A DNA stretch of 64,000 bases from an uncultured Bacilli bacterium (lineage in GTDB: Bacteria > Bacillota_I > Bacilli_A > RF39 > UBA660). Below, piece after piece: positions 19,327 to 29,090 of this stretch. Under the pieces are notes generated by a model. The model was not told where the DNA came from and made no database searches. It saw only the letters and a list, made by a program, of their open reading frames with translations. The DNA lies in assembly GCA_944329205.1 (NCBI GenBank), contig CALVHY010000027.1:2636-66635 (forward strand), written 5' to 3'. The translations under genes and the position numbers were made by a program. Position 1 is the first letter of the stretch; each line of letters opens with the position of its first letter.

Positions 19327-20634
19327 TTAAAATGGCAATTTCATATTACCACTACTTAATTTCTTCATCATATCTTTCATCGCTTCAAATTGTTTTAATA
19401 ATCTATTAACTTCTTCCACACTAACACCACTACCCTTAGCAATTCTCTGTTTCCTGCTTGCCTTTAATATTTCCGGGTTATGTCTTTCTTTTTGGGTCAT
19501 AGAACTAATAATCGCTTCCACCCGAGCTATCTGTTTAGGATCGATATTTATGTTATTAAGCCCCATCTTTCTTGCTCCAGGAAGCATTTTTAAAATGTTT
19601 TCTAAAGGTCCTAATTTTTTTATTTGTTTAATACTAGTTAAAAAATCTTCTAAATTATATTTGCCCTTTCGCATTTTTGTCATTTGATCTTTGGCATCAT
19701 CTTCACTCATTATGCCTTCTACTTTTTCAAGCATTCCTAAAATATCGCCCATATCCAAAATCCGCTCAGCCATCCGATCCGGATAAAACTCTCTAAGTCC
19801 ATCCATTTTTTCGGAATCACCTACAAATTTAATAGGAATATTAGTTAAATGTCTTACTGATAAAGCAACGCCACCTTTTGTATTACCATCAAGTTTTGTT
19901 AAAATAGTGCCTGTTAATTTAAGCTTTTCATTAAAACCGGTAATAACATTGATTGCATCCTGTCCCATCATCGCATCAATAACCAAAATTGTCTCATCAA
20001 TTTTTACCGTACTAGCAATACTTTTTAGTTCCGCCATTAAATTTTCATCTATTTGTAAGCGCCCTGCTGTATCAATAATAATATAATCAAGATGGTTTTC
20101 CTTAGTATACTCTAATGCTTCACGAACAATTTCTACTGGACTAATCTTACCTTTCGTAAAAACGGGAACATTTAAACTTTTGCCAATTTCTACTAATTGT
20201 TCTATAGCCGCCGGACGATAAATATCACAAGCAACTAAAAGTGGCTTTTTATTATATTTTTTTCTCACATAATTAGCCAGTTTCCCCGCTGTCGTGGTCT
20301 TACCACTACCTTGAAGCCCACAGAGCATTAAAATTGTTGTCCCCTTATTCACTTTTAAAGGTTCATATTCCCCGCCAAGTAAATCAACCAATTCATCTTT
20401 AACGAGTTTTATAAATAATTCATCAGGCTTTAAGCTTTTGCCAACATCAAGCCCCAAAGCTTTCTCTTTAACATTAGCCACAAATTCCTTAACAACTTGA
20501 TAATTGACATCAGCCTCAAGCAAGGCCAGTCTAATTTCCCGCATCGCATCACTAATATTTTCTTCACTAATCGCTCCCATTCCCCGAATATTTTTTATAG
20601 CTTTACTAATTCGATCACCCATATATTCAAACAT
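19327..20634 (-). CDS. ffh: Signal recognition particle protein Ffh
   Basis: N domain, GTPase G domain (GLQGSGKTTT, DTAGR, TKLDG) and Met-rich M domain. Start moved to MFEYMGDRISKAIKN (ATG 20634-20632), which has a GGAGAG RBS. The track ORF starts 17 codons earlier. Confidence 0.9.
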   Translation of the reverse strand: MFEYMGDRISKAIKNIRGMGAISEENISDAMREIRLALLEADVNYQVVKEFVANVKEKALGLDVGKSLKPDELFIKLVKDELVDLLGGEYEPLKVNKGTTILMLCGLQGSGKTTTAGKLANYVRKKYNKKPLLVACDIYRPAAIEQLVEIGKSLNVPVFTKGKISPVEIVREALEYTKENHLDYIIIDTAGRLQIDENLMAELKSIASTVKIDETILVIDAMMGQDAINVITGFNEKLKLTGTILTKLDGNTKGGVALSVRHLTNIPIKFVGDSEKMDGLREFYPDRMAERILDMGDILGMLEKVEGIMSEDDAKDQMTKMRKGKYNLEDFLTSIKQIKKLGPLENILKMLPGARKMGLNNINIDPKQIARVEAIISSMTQKERHNPEILKASRKQRIAKGSGVSVEEVNRLLKQFEAMKDMMKKLSSGNMKLPF

Positions 20635-20687
20635 GTAATCACTCTCCAGTAACAGTATTTTATCATAGAAAAAGGCTAAACTCAAGG

Positions 20688-21545
20688 TTAGCCTAAAACG
20701 GTATTGCGAATATTGTCAATAAAATCTCGCATAATAGTCAAATAATTTTCATTGTTATTAGCTTCTTCATCCGTCAAAGTATACATGGTATCAACCACAA
20801 TTATATTAGCTTCATAATCACTTTCCAAAGAAGTAATAAATTCTGTTTTCTGATCCGTATCACATAGATAAATATCACTAATAGAACCATCACTAAACGC
20901 ATTTTCCACACTACTCGTATTCATGTCTTGATCAAGTATTATAACATTAAATCCATAATTTTCCAAAAAAGCTAATTTACTACTTGAAACAACTAAAGTT
21001 GCACTGCCACTTGTTTGGGCATCCGCGGCAACACTTCTAAGTTCAGCATCCATAAATGACAAAGTCTCTTCAATTTCTTTATACCTATTTTCAATATTTT
21101 CACCTAAAACTGTACTAGTTGTATAATCAATTAAATTATTTTTAATATTTTTAGCTAACATTAAAAAATTATTAGGACTAAGCCAAAGCTCTTCAATCGC
21201 ATATTCATAATTAAGTCCATAAGAAACATCAATAAGAAGCAAATCCGGATTATTATCTAAAAACTCTCGAGCTAATTCCTTTTCATTTGTAAGGCCATTA
21301 TACACGAACAATTCTCCCGTACTATAATTATCTTTTTGGCGATCTGTAAGTTCATAGGTCTCTACATCGGCCCCTCTTGGATAAATACTACTTACATTTT
21401 TTTCTTCGCCATATAAATAATTTGTTAAATACTCAATCGGATAAATCGTCGTATAAACTTGATCACTTCTAATATTTTCGCCACTACAACTCGATAAAGT
21501 AATAAAAAACAAAGCAATAACGACAGTTTTAAATATTTTTCTCAT
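20688..21545 (-). CDS. putative lipoprotein (285 aa)
   Basis: Signal peptide with lipobox (ITLSSC). Acidic, Asp/Asn-rich mature part. Confidence 0.5.
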   Translation of the reverse strand: MRKIFKTVVIALFFITLSSCSGENIRSDQVYTTIYPIEYLTNYLYGEEKNVSSIYPRGADVETYELTDRQKDNYSTGELFVYNGLTNEKELAREFLDNNPDLLLIDVSYGLNYEYAIEELWLSPNNFLMLAKNIKNNLIDYTTSTVLGENIENRYKEIEETLSFMDAELRSVAADAQTSGSATLVVSSSKLAFLENYGFNVIILDQDMNTSSVENAFSDGSISDIYLCDTDQKTEFITSLESDYEANIIVVDTMYTLTDEEANNNENYLTIMRDFIDNIRNTVLG

Positions 21546-21613
21546 TCATAGTCCTCCATGACTATTAATATTTTAAATTATTTTTAAAAATAAATCAATA
21601 GCATATTAACCGT

Positions 21614-21958
21614 CTACCAAAAAAGACCTTTCAAAGCATCAAATAAACCTTTTAACCCATTTGCCATAACATCACTAATTCCCTGTGATATTTTATTACC
21701 AAACTTTGTTACCCCGTTTGAATAATCTACTTCTTCATCATCTAAATAATCTTTTACATCAACTACTTCTCCTTTTAAAACATCTTCTTCAAATCTTTTC
21801 ATCGCCTCTTTCGTAAGAGTCGCCTTATTACTAGCACTAGTCTCATAATATCCTGACTCATATGCTATAATAAGAGCTAAAAAAACCACCAAAAAGACAA
21901 ATAAAATTCTAAAAAAATACTTACTTTTTTTACTTTTCTTCAACATAATCCCCCTCAA
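21614..21958 (-). CDS. small membrane protein, possibly YqxA-like
   Basis: 114 aa, N-terminal TM. Sits immediately downstream of spoIIP, where Bacillus has yqxA. Call by synteny only. Confidence 0.3.
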   Translation of the reverse strand: MRGIMLKKSKKSKYFFRILFVFLVVFLALIIAYESGYYETSASNKATLTKEAMKRFEEDVLKGEVVDVKDYLDDEEVDYSNGVTKFGNKISQGISDVMANGLKGLFDALKGLFW

Positions 21959-22868
21959 TATAAGTAGCTAATACTAAAGCTAAAACTTTCAAAGATCGAT
22001 TAACTTCATCAATCGTATTATCCTTACCACCTACTTGAATGAGTAAAGTTTGGTTGGAAAAATCCTGATTATAAACGCCTTGATACCCTTCTCCTCCCCT
22101 TAAACTCACTCCTCTTGTCAAGCTAGGATTTATTTCTTCTAATATTTCATTTAATTCTTTAGCAAACTTTTGGTTTTCTAAAAAGCTATCATAATCGCTT
22201 CCCACCACAAAAAGAATTTTAGCATACTTAAGGCCCTCTATTTCTACGGTTGTTACCTCTTCACTATAATCTGATATTTGCAAATCCAAAAAATACTCTA
22301 AACTAGGATATTTTTCTTTAGCTCTTTTAAGCAAAACCATTGATCCGGCATAACTATTTGTATATAAAATATTTTCCTCATTTAATACTTCAGCCACTTT
22401 TTTTTCCTCAACTACACTCCCAATATTATATTCGCCTAAATATTCTTTAAGGATAAAACTAGCCTGTGTAACAAAGGAACTAATTGTATAACTATTAAAA
22501 TAAGTACTTTTATATTTATCAGTTTGAAAAGTATTATACAAATAAACAACTTCCGTTAAATCATCCACCACTAAATCTTTAACCGATCCAAAATCCGTCC
22601 CCACTGTTTGAATAGCATTTTTCCTAAACCCAAAAGTATTTTTAAAAAAATAAAATGGCTCCAAAGCAATCTTATATTGCCCCACATTACCCAGTGAATT
22701 CCCCACTAAAACATTCAAAAAGTCTTCCTCTCCCTTAGTATAAAAGAAATTAACTACTAAATTACATCCCCATATTAAACCCACACTAGCTAACAACATA
22801 ACATAATAAAGTTTATATCTTGGCACCTTTATTCTTTTTTTACTTATAAACCTTCGCATGTTTATCAC
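21930..22868 (-). CDS. spoIIP: Stage II sporulation protein P (SpoIIP)-like
   Basis: N-terminal TM. C-terminal block TRGVSLRGGEGYQGVYNQDFSNQTLLIQVGGKDNTIDEVNRSLKVLALVL matches the conserved SpoIIP C-terminus. Located directly downstream of a GPR-like gene and near rpsT, as in B. subtilis (rpsT-gpr-spoIIP). Confidence 0.6.
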   Translation of the reverse strand: MINMRRFISKKRIKVPRYKLYYVMLLASVGLIWGCNLVVNFFYTKGEEDFLNVLVGNSLGNVGQYKIALEPFYFFKNTFGFRKNAIQTVGTDFGSVKDLVVDDLTEVVYLYNTFQTDKYKSTYFNSYTISSFVTQASFILKEYLGEYNIGSVVEEKKVAEVLNEENILYTNSYAGSMVLLKRAKEKYPSLEYFLDLQISDYSEEVTTVEIEGLKYAKILFVVGSDYDSFLENQKFAKELNEILEEINPSLTRGVSLRGGEGYQGVYNQDFSNQTLLIQVGGKDNTIDEVNRSLKVLALVLATYIEGDYVEEK

Positions 22869-22922
22869 CCATTATAATTATATAACGCCTAAACCAAGCA
22901 ATATGTCGAAAAAAAAGAAGCT

Positions 22923-23660
22923 TTAAAAAAATAATTCATTTAAAGCTTCACTTATAATTGTACTTCCCGCCTTTATTATTTCCTCTACATTACAAGTTGC
23001 ATACATCTGTTTATCTAATTCCAAAACAAGTGGCATTCCAATTGCAATAATAGGAATACCAAAAGTATTAGCATCTATTTTCTTATTATCCTTAATCGCT
23101 CCCCCTGGAATAATACCCGTATTATTTATTTCAATACAATTATTTAAATAATCTTTATTATTTGTAGCTAAAGAATCAATCATCACAATTACACTAGGCT
23201 TTAACTTTTTAACTACCATTTCAATCAAAGCATAAGAACTAATCCCTGTTTTTTCTATTACCTCAGGATTAAACAAAGCTACTTTGGGAATATTTAAAAA
23301 ATCGGTAAAATGATTAGTCACCATCACTTTATTAGTAGTTCTAACTCCCAAGCTATCACTTAATATGCTGGAATTTCCTAGCCCAATAATCAAAGGATCT
23401 GCCTTCTTTAAATCTTTAAATAAAACTCGTAATATTTTCATTAGCTCTTTTTTTATTTGCTTTTTATTTTGCATCAAAAAGACATAATCAAAAAAAATAG
23501 TATAATAATCTCCTCTTTTTCTTTTCACTAACTTCTCACTTTTATAATCCACACAAAAATGACTAACTTTATAACGACGATATCTCCATTCCTCTATTTT
23601 AAACATATTATCATCAAGTATTTTGGAAACATCCATAAAAGCTCTTTTCATAATTAACAC
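22923..23660 (-). CDS. gpr: GPR/YyaC-family spore protease (peptidase A25-like)
   Basis: IIGLGNSSILSDSLG and IDSLATNN...NTGIIPGGA resemble the two conserved blocks of germination protease. Synteny with spoIIP. Shorter (245 aa) than B. subtilis Gpr. Confidence 0.5.
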   Translation of the reverse strand: MLIMKRAFMDVSKILDDNMFKIEEWRYRRYKVSHFCVDYKSEKLVKRKRGDYYTIFFDYVFLMQNKKQIKKELMKILRVLFKDLKKADPLIIGLGNSSILSDSLGVRTTNKVMVTNHFTDFLNIPKVALFNPEVIEKTGISSYALIEMVVKKLKPSVIVMIDSLATNNKDYLNNCIEINNTGIIPGGAIKDNKKIDANTFGIPIIAIGMPLVLELDKQMYATCNVEEIIKAGSTIISEALNELFF

Positions 23661-23697
23661 CCTTATTAGTATGGATTTAAAAAAAGAAGATATACTT

Positions 23698-25740
23698 CTA
23701 TAAAATTACTTCTTGGCCTTTATCCTTCAAAAACTGATAACTCTCGACAATAAATACACTTAATATATGCATCTCTTCTTTAATTCCTCTTTGTAATATT
23801 TCTTGAATTTTATTATAATTATATAATCTAAATTCTTTAGGTGTATAGCCCAATTTATAAAAAGACAATTCAATTATTTGTTGGGCTTCTTTTAACAAAG
23901 CTATTCTTTTTATATTAATTTTATATTTTGAATATAATCTTTGTAAATAAGCTATATCGCGTTTTCCTTTAATCCCTATTTCATCACTAGCATGATACCT
24001 ACCCTCGATATAGCCTAACACCCCTTCTTGTCTTTTATTATTAAGTCTACTAAACAAAATATCTACCAGCAATTTATCTTCTTCACTTATAAAACCTTTA
24101 TCATCTTTAAAATAATCATAAATTGTTTTTTCATAGCCGGACTTCAATCGATAAAACCGTTTTTTTAAAGAAGTAATATCCAATCTTGCTCTTTTACCTA
24201 CCTCATCAGCAACATGATTTTCTCCCTTTAAATAGCCCAAAATACCTTCCTGTCTTTCTAAAGGAAAAGAATTAAACAATTGATCAACTAATTGGATATC
24301 CGCCTCACTTATATAATCTTTATAATCTCTAAAGTAATCATAAATACTTTTATCTTCTTTAGGACTTAACTTTTGTCTATAAAAACGCGCCTTTAACAAA
24401 CTAATATCTTGACTAGCTTTCTTTCCTCTTTTCTGATAAGTATTTATTTCCCCTTTTAAATATTCCTTTATTCCTTCTTGGCGATCTAATGGTAAATTAC
24501 TAACTAATTCATCCACTAAAGATTTATCCGCCTCACTTATAAATCCTTCTCTATCTTTAAAATAATCATAAATCGTTTTAGGATTTTCTTTTTTCATTTT
24601 CGCTCTTTTAAATTGATTTTTTAATAAATCAATACTTCTACTAGCTTGTTTACCATTGTCTGTATTACTACTATAATCACCTTTTAAATAACCTAAAATT
24701 GCTTCCTGTCTCTCAGTTGAAAGCTTATTAAAAAGATTATCAATTAGCAATCTATCTTCTTCACTTATAAAACCTTTATCATCCTTAAAATAATCATAAA
24801 TTGTTTTATTACTTGATAAAAATTTAGGTCTAGTATATTGTTCCTTTACCTCTTCTTTTTCCTCTTTTTTAGCTCGCAAGGCCGCTTCCCTACTTTGTTT
24901 TTTTATTTCCTCAGTTAAACTAAATTGTTTAGCTATGAAAGCTAAAAAATCACTTCTTTTAAGTTCCATATTGCCAAAAGTTATATTATAATGATATTCA
25001 TCAATTATATACTGCAATTTATCCATACTTAAAAGAAACAACATTTTTCTAAACTCACCTATGGCTACTTGCCCTATCTTTTCTTCATATAATTTATGGA
25101 TAGCCAAAAATTCTTCTTCACAACTAATTAAAAACTTAATTTTATTAATGAAATAATTATTTTTAACTAAAATCGCTTGCTTAACATCTTTTTTAACATT
25201 TAAAGTCAAAAGATTTAGATACTTCCTAAATATATCTTCTGTTTCCTGTAATGTTTTATTACTCGGCTTTATATTTTGATAACCAATTATTTCTTTTAAT
25301 CTAACTTCTAAATTATTAAAAGGAATGTCATCTAAATTAAAATATTTCAATATTTTTCTAAGCAAATCTGAATCTTTTTTTACTAACAAAAAATATTCCT
25401 CCGTAATTTCCATATTACACTGTTTAATTTTCATTAAAAAAGCTTTTAAAAGATCTCCATAATTTTTATATTCTCTTCTTAAAATATACAAAATATTAGT
25501 AATTATCCTCGTTTTTTTAGCATCTATTTGTCTTTTTATATAATCATTTATTTGTTGATTAACATAACTTTCTATCATTCTTTTACTCAAAAGTACATCA
25601 TCACTTATATATCTTAAAGCACTCCGAAACATTTTCTCCCAATTCTCATCACTTATTCCTAAAAAGTAATAATCTCTTAGATAATAATCTTTCATTTGAC
25701 CAAACCAACTTATAATATTTCGTACCTTTTCTTGATCCAT
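23698..25740 (-). CDS. protein with four tandem ~75-aa repeats (sigma-70 region-4-like HTH units?)
   Basis: 680 aa. Residues about 312-609 are four copies of KTIYDYFKD(D/R)(K/E)GFISE(E/A)D..LVD.LF..L...RQEGILGYLKG... Confidence 0.5.
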   Translation of the reverse strand: MDQEKVRNIISWFGQMKDYYLRDYYFLGISDENWEKMFRSALRYISDDVLLSKRMIESYVNQQINDYIKRQIDAKKTRIITNILYILRREYKNYGDLLKAFLMKIKQCNMEITEEYFLLVKKDSDLLRKILKYFNLDDIPFNNLEVRLKEIIGYQNIKPSNKTLQETEDIFRKYLNLLTLNVKKDVKQAILVKNNYFINKIKFLISCEEEFLAIHKLYEEKIGQVAIGEFRKMLFLLSMDKLQYIIDEYHYNITFGNMELKRSDFLAFIAKQFSLTEEIKKQSREAALRAKKEEKEEVKEQYTRPKFLSSNKTIYDYFKDDKGFISEEDRLLIDNLFNKLSTERQEAILGYLKGDYSSNTDNGKQASRSIDLLKNQFKRAKMKKENPKTIYDYFKDREGFISEADKSLVDELVSNLPLDRQEGIKEYLKGEINTYQKRGKKASQDISLLKARFYRQKLSPKEDKSIYDYFRDYKDYISEADIQLVDQLFNSFPLERQEGILGYLKGENHVADEVGKRARLDITSLKKRFYRLKSGYEKTIYDYFKDDKGFISEEDKLLVDILFSRLNNKRQEGVLGYIEGRYHASDEIGIKGKRDIAYLQRLYSKYKINIKRIALLKEAQQIIELSFYKLGYTPKEFRLYNYNKIQEILQRGIKEEMHILSVFIVESYQFLKDKGQEVIL
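23914..24807 (-). repeat. intragenic tandem repeat array (4 x about 225 nt)
   Basis: Coding repeats within 23698..25740; see above. Confidence 0.55.
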
Positions 25741-25776
25741 TAATATCCCCCCAACAATGCCACTATTTTATCATTA

Positions 25777-26259
25777 TCAATTATTAAAGTCAATAAAAGT
25801 AATTTTCTCATCGGTTCGCCCCAAAAGATAATCAGCTGATATTTTATATTTACTACAAATTGTATATAAAAAAGGTGTAGCAATAATATTTCGGCCCCTC
25901 TCATAATTAGCAATAACTGATTGATTAGTATTTAAAATCTTAGCTAATTTATCTTGGGTAAGTTTATTTTCTTTACGAAACTCTTTTAAACGCTTACCAG
26001 CTTCCCGACTATCAATTTCTCGACTTTTAATCTTATGCTTTTGCTGAGTAAATCCCAAAATATAATCAACCGCTACATTAAAGTAATTAGCTACACTATT
26101 TAAATGCTTAATAGGAATAGTATTATAATCATTTTCATACTGATTATACTGAACCCGGTTAATTTTTAAAATCCTAGCTAATTGTTCTTGTGTTAATCCT
26201 TTTTCCGTTCTCAGCAATCTCATAATTTCACTATAATTCATCTCTGTCACCAAAACCAT
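25777..26259 (-). CDS. XRE-family transcriptional regulator with two tandem HTH domains
   Basis: Two Cro/C1-type HTH units (LTQEQLARILKINRVQYNQYE and LTQDKLAKILNTNQSVIANYE). Confidence 0.75.
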   Translation of the reverse strand: MVLVTEMNYSEIMRLLRTEKGLTQEQLARILKINRVQYNQYENDYNTIPIKHLNSVANYFNVAVDYILGFTQQKHKIKSREIDSREAGKRLKEFRKENKLTQDKLAKILNTNQSVIANYERGRNIIATPFLYTICSKYKISADYLLGRTDEKITFIDFNN

Positions 26260-26313
26260 TTTCTCATTTTACTAACAATAAATCTCAAAATGTAACAAAT
26301 AGAAATATTTTTG

Positions 26314-26342
26314 TTGACTTTTTACATTTATATACTTATAAT
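26314..26342 (+). promoter_or_regulatory. sigma-A consensus promoter TTGACT-17-TATAAT for paralog B
   Basis: TTGACT 26314-26319, 17-nt spacer, TATAAT 26337-26342. Confidence 0.55.
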
Positions 26343-26427
26343 TTAAATATAAGCTAGGAAACTAACCATATCATAGCTTATCTTAAGCCAAAAGAAAATG
26401 AAGCAGAACTTCATGAAAGGATTAGTT

Positions 26428-27738
26428 ATGCCAATCGAAACATTAAAGAAAAGTCATTTAACAAGAAATGCAATCATAGCATTAATTGTAATAGCAATTA
26501 TTACAACCTTAATATTAAATTTCACAAGAGCTAAATACCGTAATACCCAAAGTATCCCTTTAATTAATGGAACTATTACATTTAATAATGCCGATTTAAA
26601 TGTTATTGCTATGTATCAACAAGATGATACAGGGGATTATGAAAGCATTGATACTGTTCCAACTAGTGGATACACTCTTAATTATGAAAATAGCTATTGC
26701 GAAGTTAACGGCGCGAAAGATTCTGATGTATCATTAAACTATAATGAAGGAAGAATGAATGTATCCTTTACCAAAAAAGGAACTAAATGCCATCTATATT
26801 TTGATGTTATGTGTGGAAAAGCCTGCAGAACTATATTAGCAAATAAAACAATCCAAGAAAGAACAAGCTTTTCATCAGCATTAACTACAAATACCAATGG
26901 CACCATCTATCAAGCCCAGGATGGTTCGGGAACTAGCTACTACTTTGCTGGAGCCAATACCGAAAACTGGTTATATTTTGCCGGATTTTACTGGCGTATT
27001 ATCCGGATCAATGGCGATGGTACAGTGAGAATCATTTATAATGGCACCAGCACTAGTACGACAGGAACAAGAACCCAGTTGTCTAGTACTAGTTACTTCA
27101 ACAGTTCGTCTCATAATAATATGTATGTAGGATATATGTATACAAGTGGAGAGGTGCATGGACTTGGAACAAGTAGTACCATCAAAGAAGAAGTAGATGA
27201 ATGGTACAAAAATAATATAGCAACTAATACAGAGTACACCAACAAGATCTCAACAACAACCGGTTTCTGTGGCGATAGAACATCAACTACAACTAATGGT
27301 GGTGCTCCAAATGATACAGGAGGAACAGGAACAACGACAACATATTATGGAGCGAGATATAGATTGTATACAAATAAAACGCCAACATATGATTGCCCAA
27401 ATCCTGATAACGATCTATATACCATGGCAGGATCAGGAATAGGAAACGAAGCCTTAACTTATCCCGTAGGACTAATCACCGCGGATGAAGTAGCATACGC
27501 TGGAGGAGTATGGCATACAAGTAATACCAGTTATTACTTATATACGAATAGTATATATTGGACAATGTCCCCGTTTAGCTATCCAAGTGCTGGCGTATTC
27601 TATGTAGATTCGGATGGCTTCCTTGGCAACACCATCGTGAATGACATATACTACGGCATTCGTCCTGTCATAAACCTAAGGTCTGATGTTACTTTAACAG
27701 GAACAGGTACATCTTCTGATGCATTTCGCGTTTCTTAA
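26428..27738 (+). CDS. surface protein, N-terminal signal-anchor, paralog B (436 aa)
   Basis: Start chosen at MPIETLKK (AAAGGA RBS) to match paralog A (MEIETLKK). N-terminal TM. Collinear similarity with 8411..9736 except the last roughly 60 aa. Confidence 0.7.
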   Translation: MPIETLKKSHLTRNAIIALIVIAIITTLILNFTRAKYRNTQSIPLINGTITFNNADLNVIAMYQQDDTGDYESIDTVPTSGYTLNYENSYCEVNGAKDSDVSLNYNEGRMNVSFTKKGTKCHLYFDVMCGKACRTILANKTIQERTSFSSALTTNTNGTIYQAQDGSGTSYYFAGANTENWLYFAGFYWRIIRINGDGTVRIIYNGTSTSTTGTRTQLSSTSYFNSSSHNNMYVGYMYTSGEVHGLGTSSTIKEEVDEWYKNNIATNTEYTNKISTTTGFCGDRTSTTTNGGAPNDTGGTGTTTTYYGARYRLYTNKTPTYDCPNPDNDLYTMAGSGIGNEALTYPVGLITADEVAYAGGVWHTSNTSYYLYTNSIYWTMSPFSYPSAGVFYVDSDGFLGNTIVNDIYYGIRPVINLRSDVTLTGTGTSSDAFRVS

Positions 27739-27818
27739 TTAGTTTCTTCATAAAAACCTTGAAAAATACTTAATATTCTGATAAAATGGATACTGACAAA
27801 CAAGAGAGGAGTTTAAAG

Positions 27819-28082
27819 ATGGCAAATATTAAAAGCTCTAAGAAAGCAATTAAAGTAATAGCAAAAAAGACAGAAAACAATCATGAACTTAAAGCAAGAG
27901 TTAAAAATTTAATTAAAGAAACTGATAAAGCTATTAATACAAATGATCATGAAAAAGCAAGTCTTTTATTTAAAGATGTCCAAAAATATTTAGACCAAGC
28001 CGTAAGTAAAGGTTTAGTCAAAAAAAATACATCTGATAGACAAAAATCAAGATTATCTTTAAAAATTAAAAATATGAAGTAA
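27819..28082 (+). CDS. rpsT: 30S ribosomal protein S20
   Basis: MANIKSSKKAIKVIAKKTE...KGLVKKNTSDRQKSRLSLKIKNM matches S20. GAGGAG RBS. Track ORF start 27786 is upstream of the real ATG. Confidence 0.85.
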   Translation: MANIKSSKKAIKVIAKKTENNHELKARVKNLIKETDKAINTNDHEKASLLFKDVQKYLDQAVSKGLVKKNTSDRQKSRLSLKIKNMK

Positions 28083-28111
28083 CGAATTATTGTCGACTTC
28101 ATTTTTTTTTG
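28074..28111 (+). terminator. rpsT terminator
   Basis: ATGAAGT-aacgaattattgtcg-ACTTCAT followed by T9. Confidence 0.65.
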
Positions 28112-28137
28112 CTATACTTATATTAGGAGTGGTTTAA

Positions 28138-29082
28138 TTGAAAAGGCTATTAGTTCCCATTATTTGTTTAATTATTATTTTATTTACTATTTTAAGCCTC
28201 GATAATGTAACTTATGGTATTATGGTTTTTTTAAATAAAACCCCTAACTCTACCATTACCTCTCCTAATGCTTATTATAAAACCAATAATTATATATTTG
28301 TATCAAACACCACGGAATTTACTCCTTATGGCATTGAAGATCTTTTAAATATAATGTATACCATCATCAACAGTGGAACAAGCAATTTCACCTTTTATTG
28401 TCCTAAAGAATATAGTAATTGTCTAAGTGATATGAAAGAAATAACTAAAAATCAAACTCTTTTAACTCACCTAAATAATTTTGTTCACCCTTTTAATTCT
28501 TTTTCTAGTATTGAAGCATCTTTATCTGACTCCGGAGAAATAATTATTAAAGTAAATTATTTATACACGGAAGAAGAAAAAGAACAAATTATTACGAAAG
28601 TTCGAAGTTTAATTGCTTCTTTAATTACGCCTGATATAACTACCGATTATGACAAAATTAAAGTAATTCATGATTATATTATAAATAATACTAAATATGA
28701 TTTAAATACTGATGAATCCATAAGAAGTTATATAGCTTATGGCCCTTTATTTAACAATGTTGCTACCTGTAACGGTTATACTGATTTAATGGCTATTTTT
28801 TTAAGTGAAATGGGCTATGACAATATAAAAGTAGCTACCACTAAACAATCCGGTGATACCACAGAAGGTCATGTATGGAATGCTGTTAAACTAGAAAATG
28901 TTTGGCTTCATCTTGATCTTACCTGGGATGATCCTGTAAGTACAGATAATAAAGATTATTTATATCATAAATATTTTTTAATAGACACTTCGGAACTTAT
29001 TACTGCTGATTCCAACATTACAAGCACCGATCATGTCTTTGATGAAACTATTTATGCCGAATTAAAAACTACTAGCAATTAG
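28138..29082 (+). CDS. transglutaminase-like cysteine protease domain protein (membrane-anchored)
   Basis: TTG start. N-terminal TM. Cys-His-Asp core (CNGYTDLMAIFL...GHVWNAVKL...DLTWDD). Confidence 0.65.
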   Translation: MKRLLVPIICLIIILFTILSLDNVTYGIMVFLNKTPNSTITSPNAYYKTNNYIFVSNTTEFTPYGIEDLLNIMYTIINSGTSNFTFYCPKEYSNCLSDMKEITKNQTLLTHLNNFVHPFNSFSSIEASLSDSGEIIIKVNYLYTEEEKEQIITKVRSLIASLITPDITTDYDKIKVIHDYIINNTKYDLNTDESIRSYIAYGPLFNNVATCNGYTDLMAIFLSEMGYDNIKVATTKQSGDTTEGHVWNAVKLENVWLHLDLTWDDPVSTDNKDYLYHKYFLIDTSELITADSNITSTDHVFDETIYAELKTTSN

Positions 29083-29090
29083 TAGTTTTT

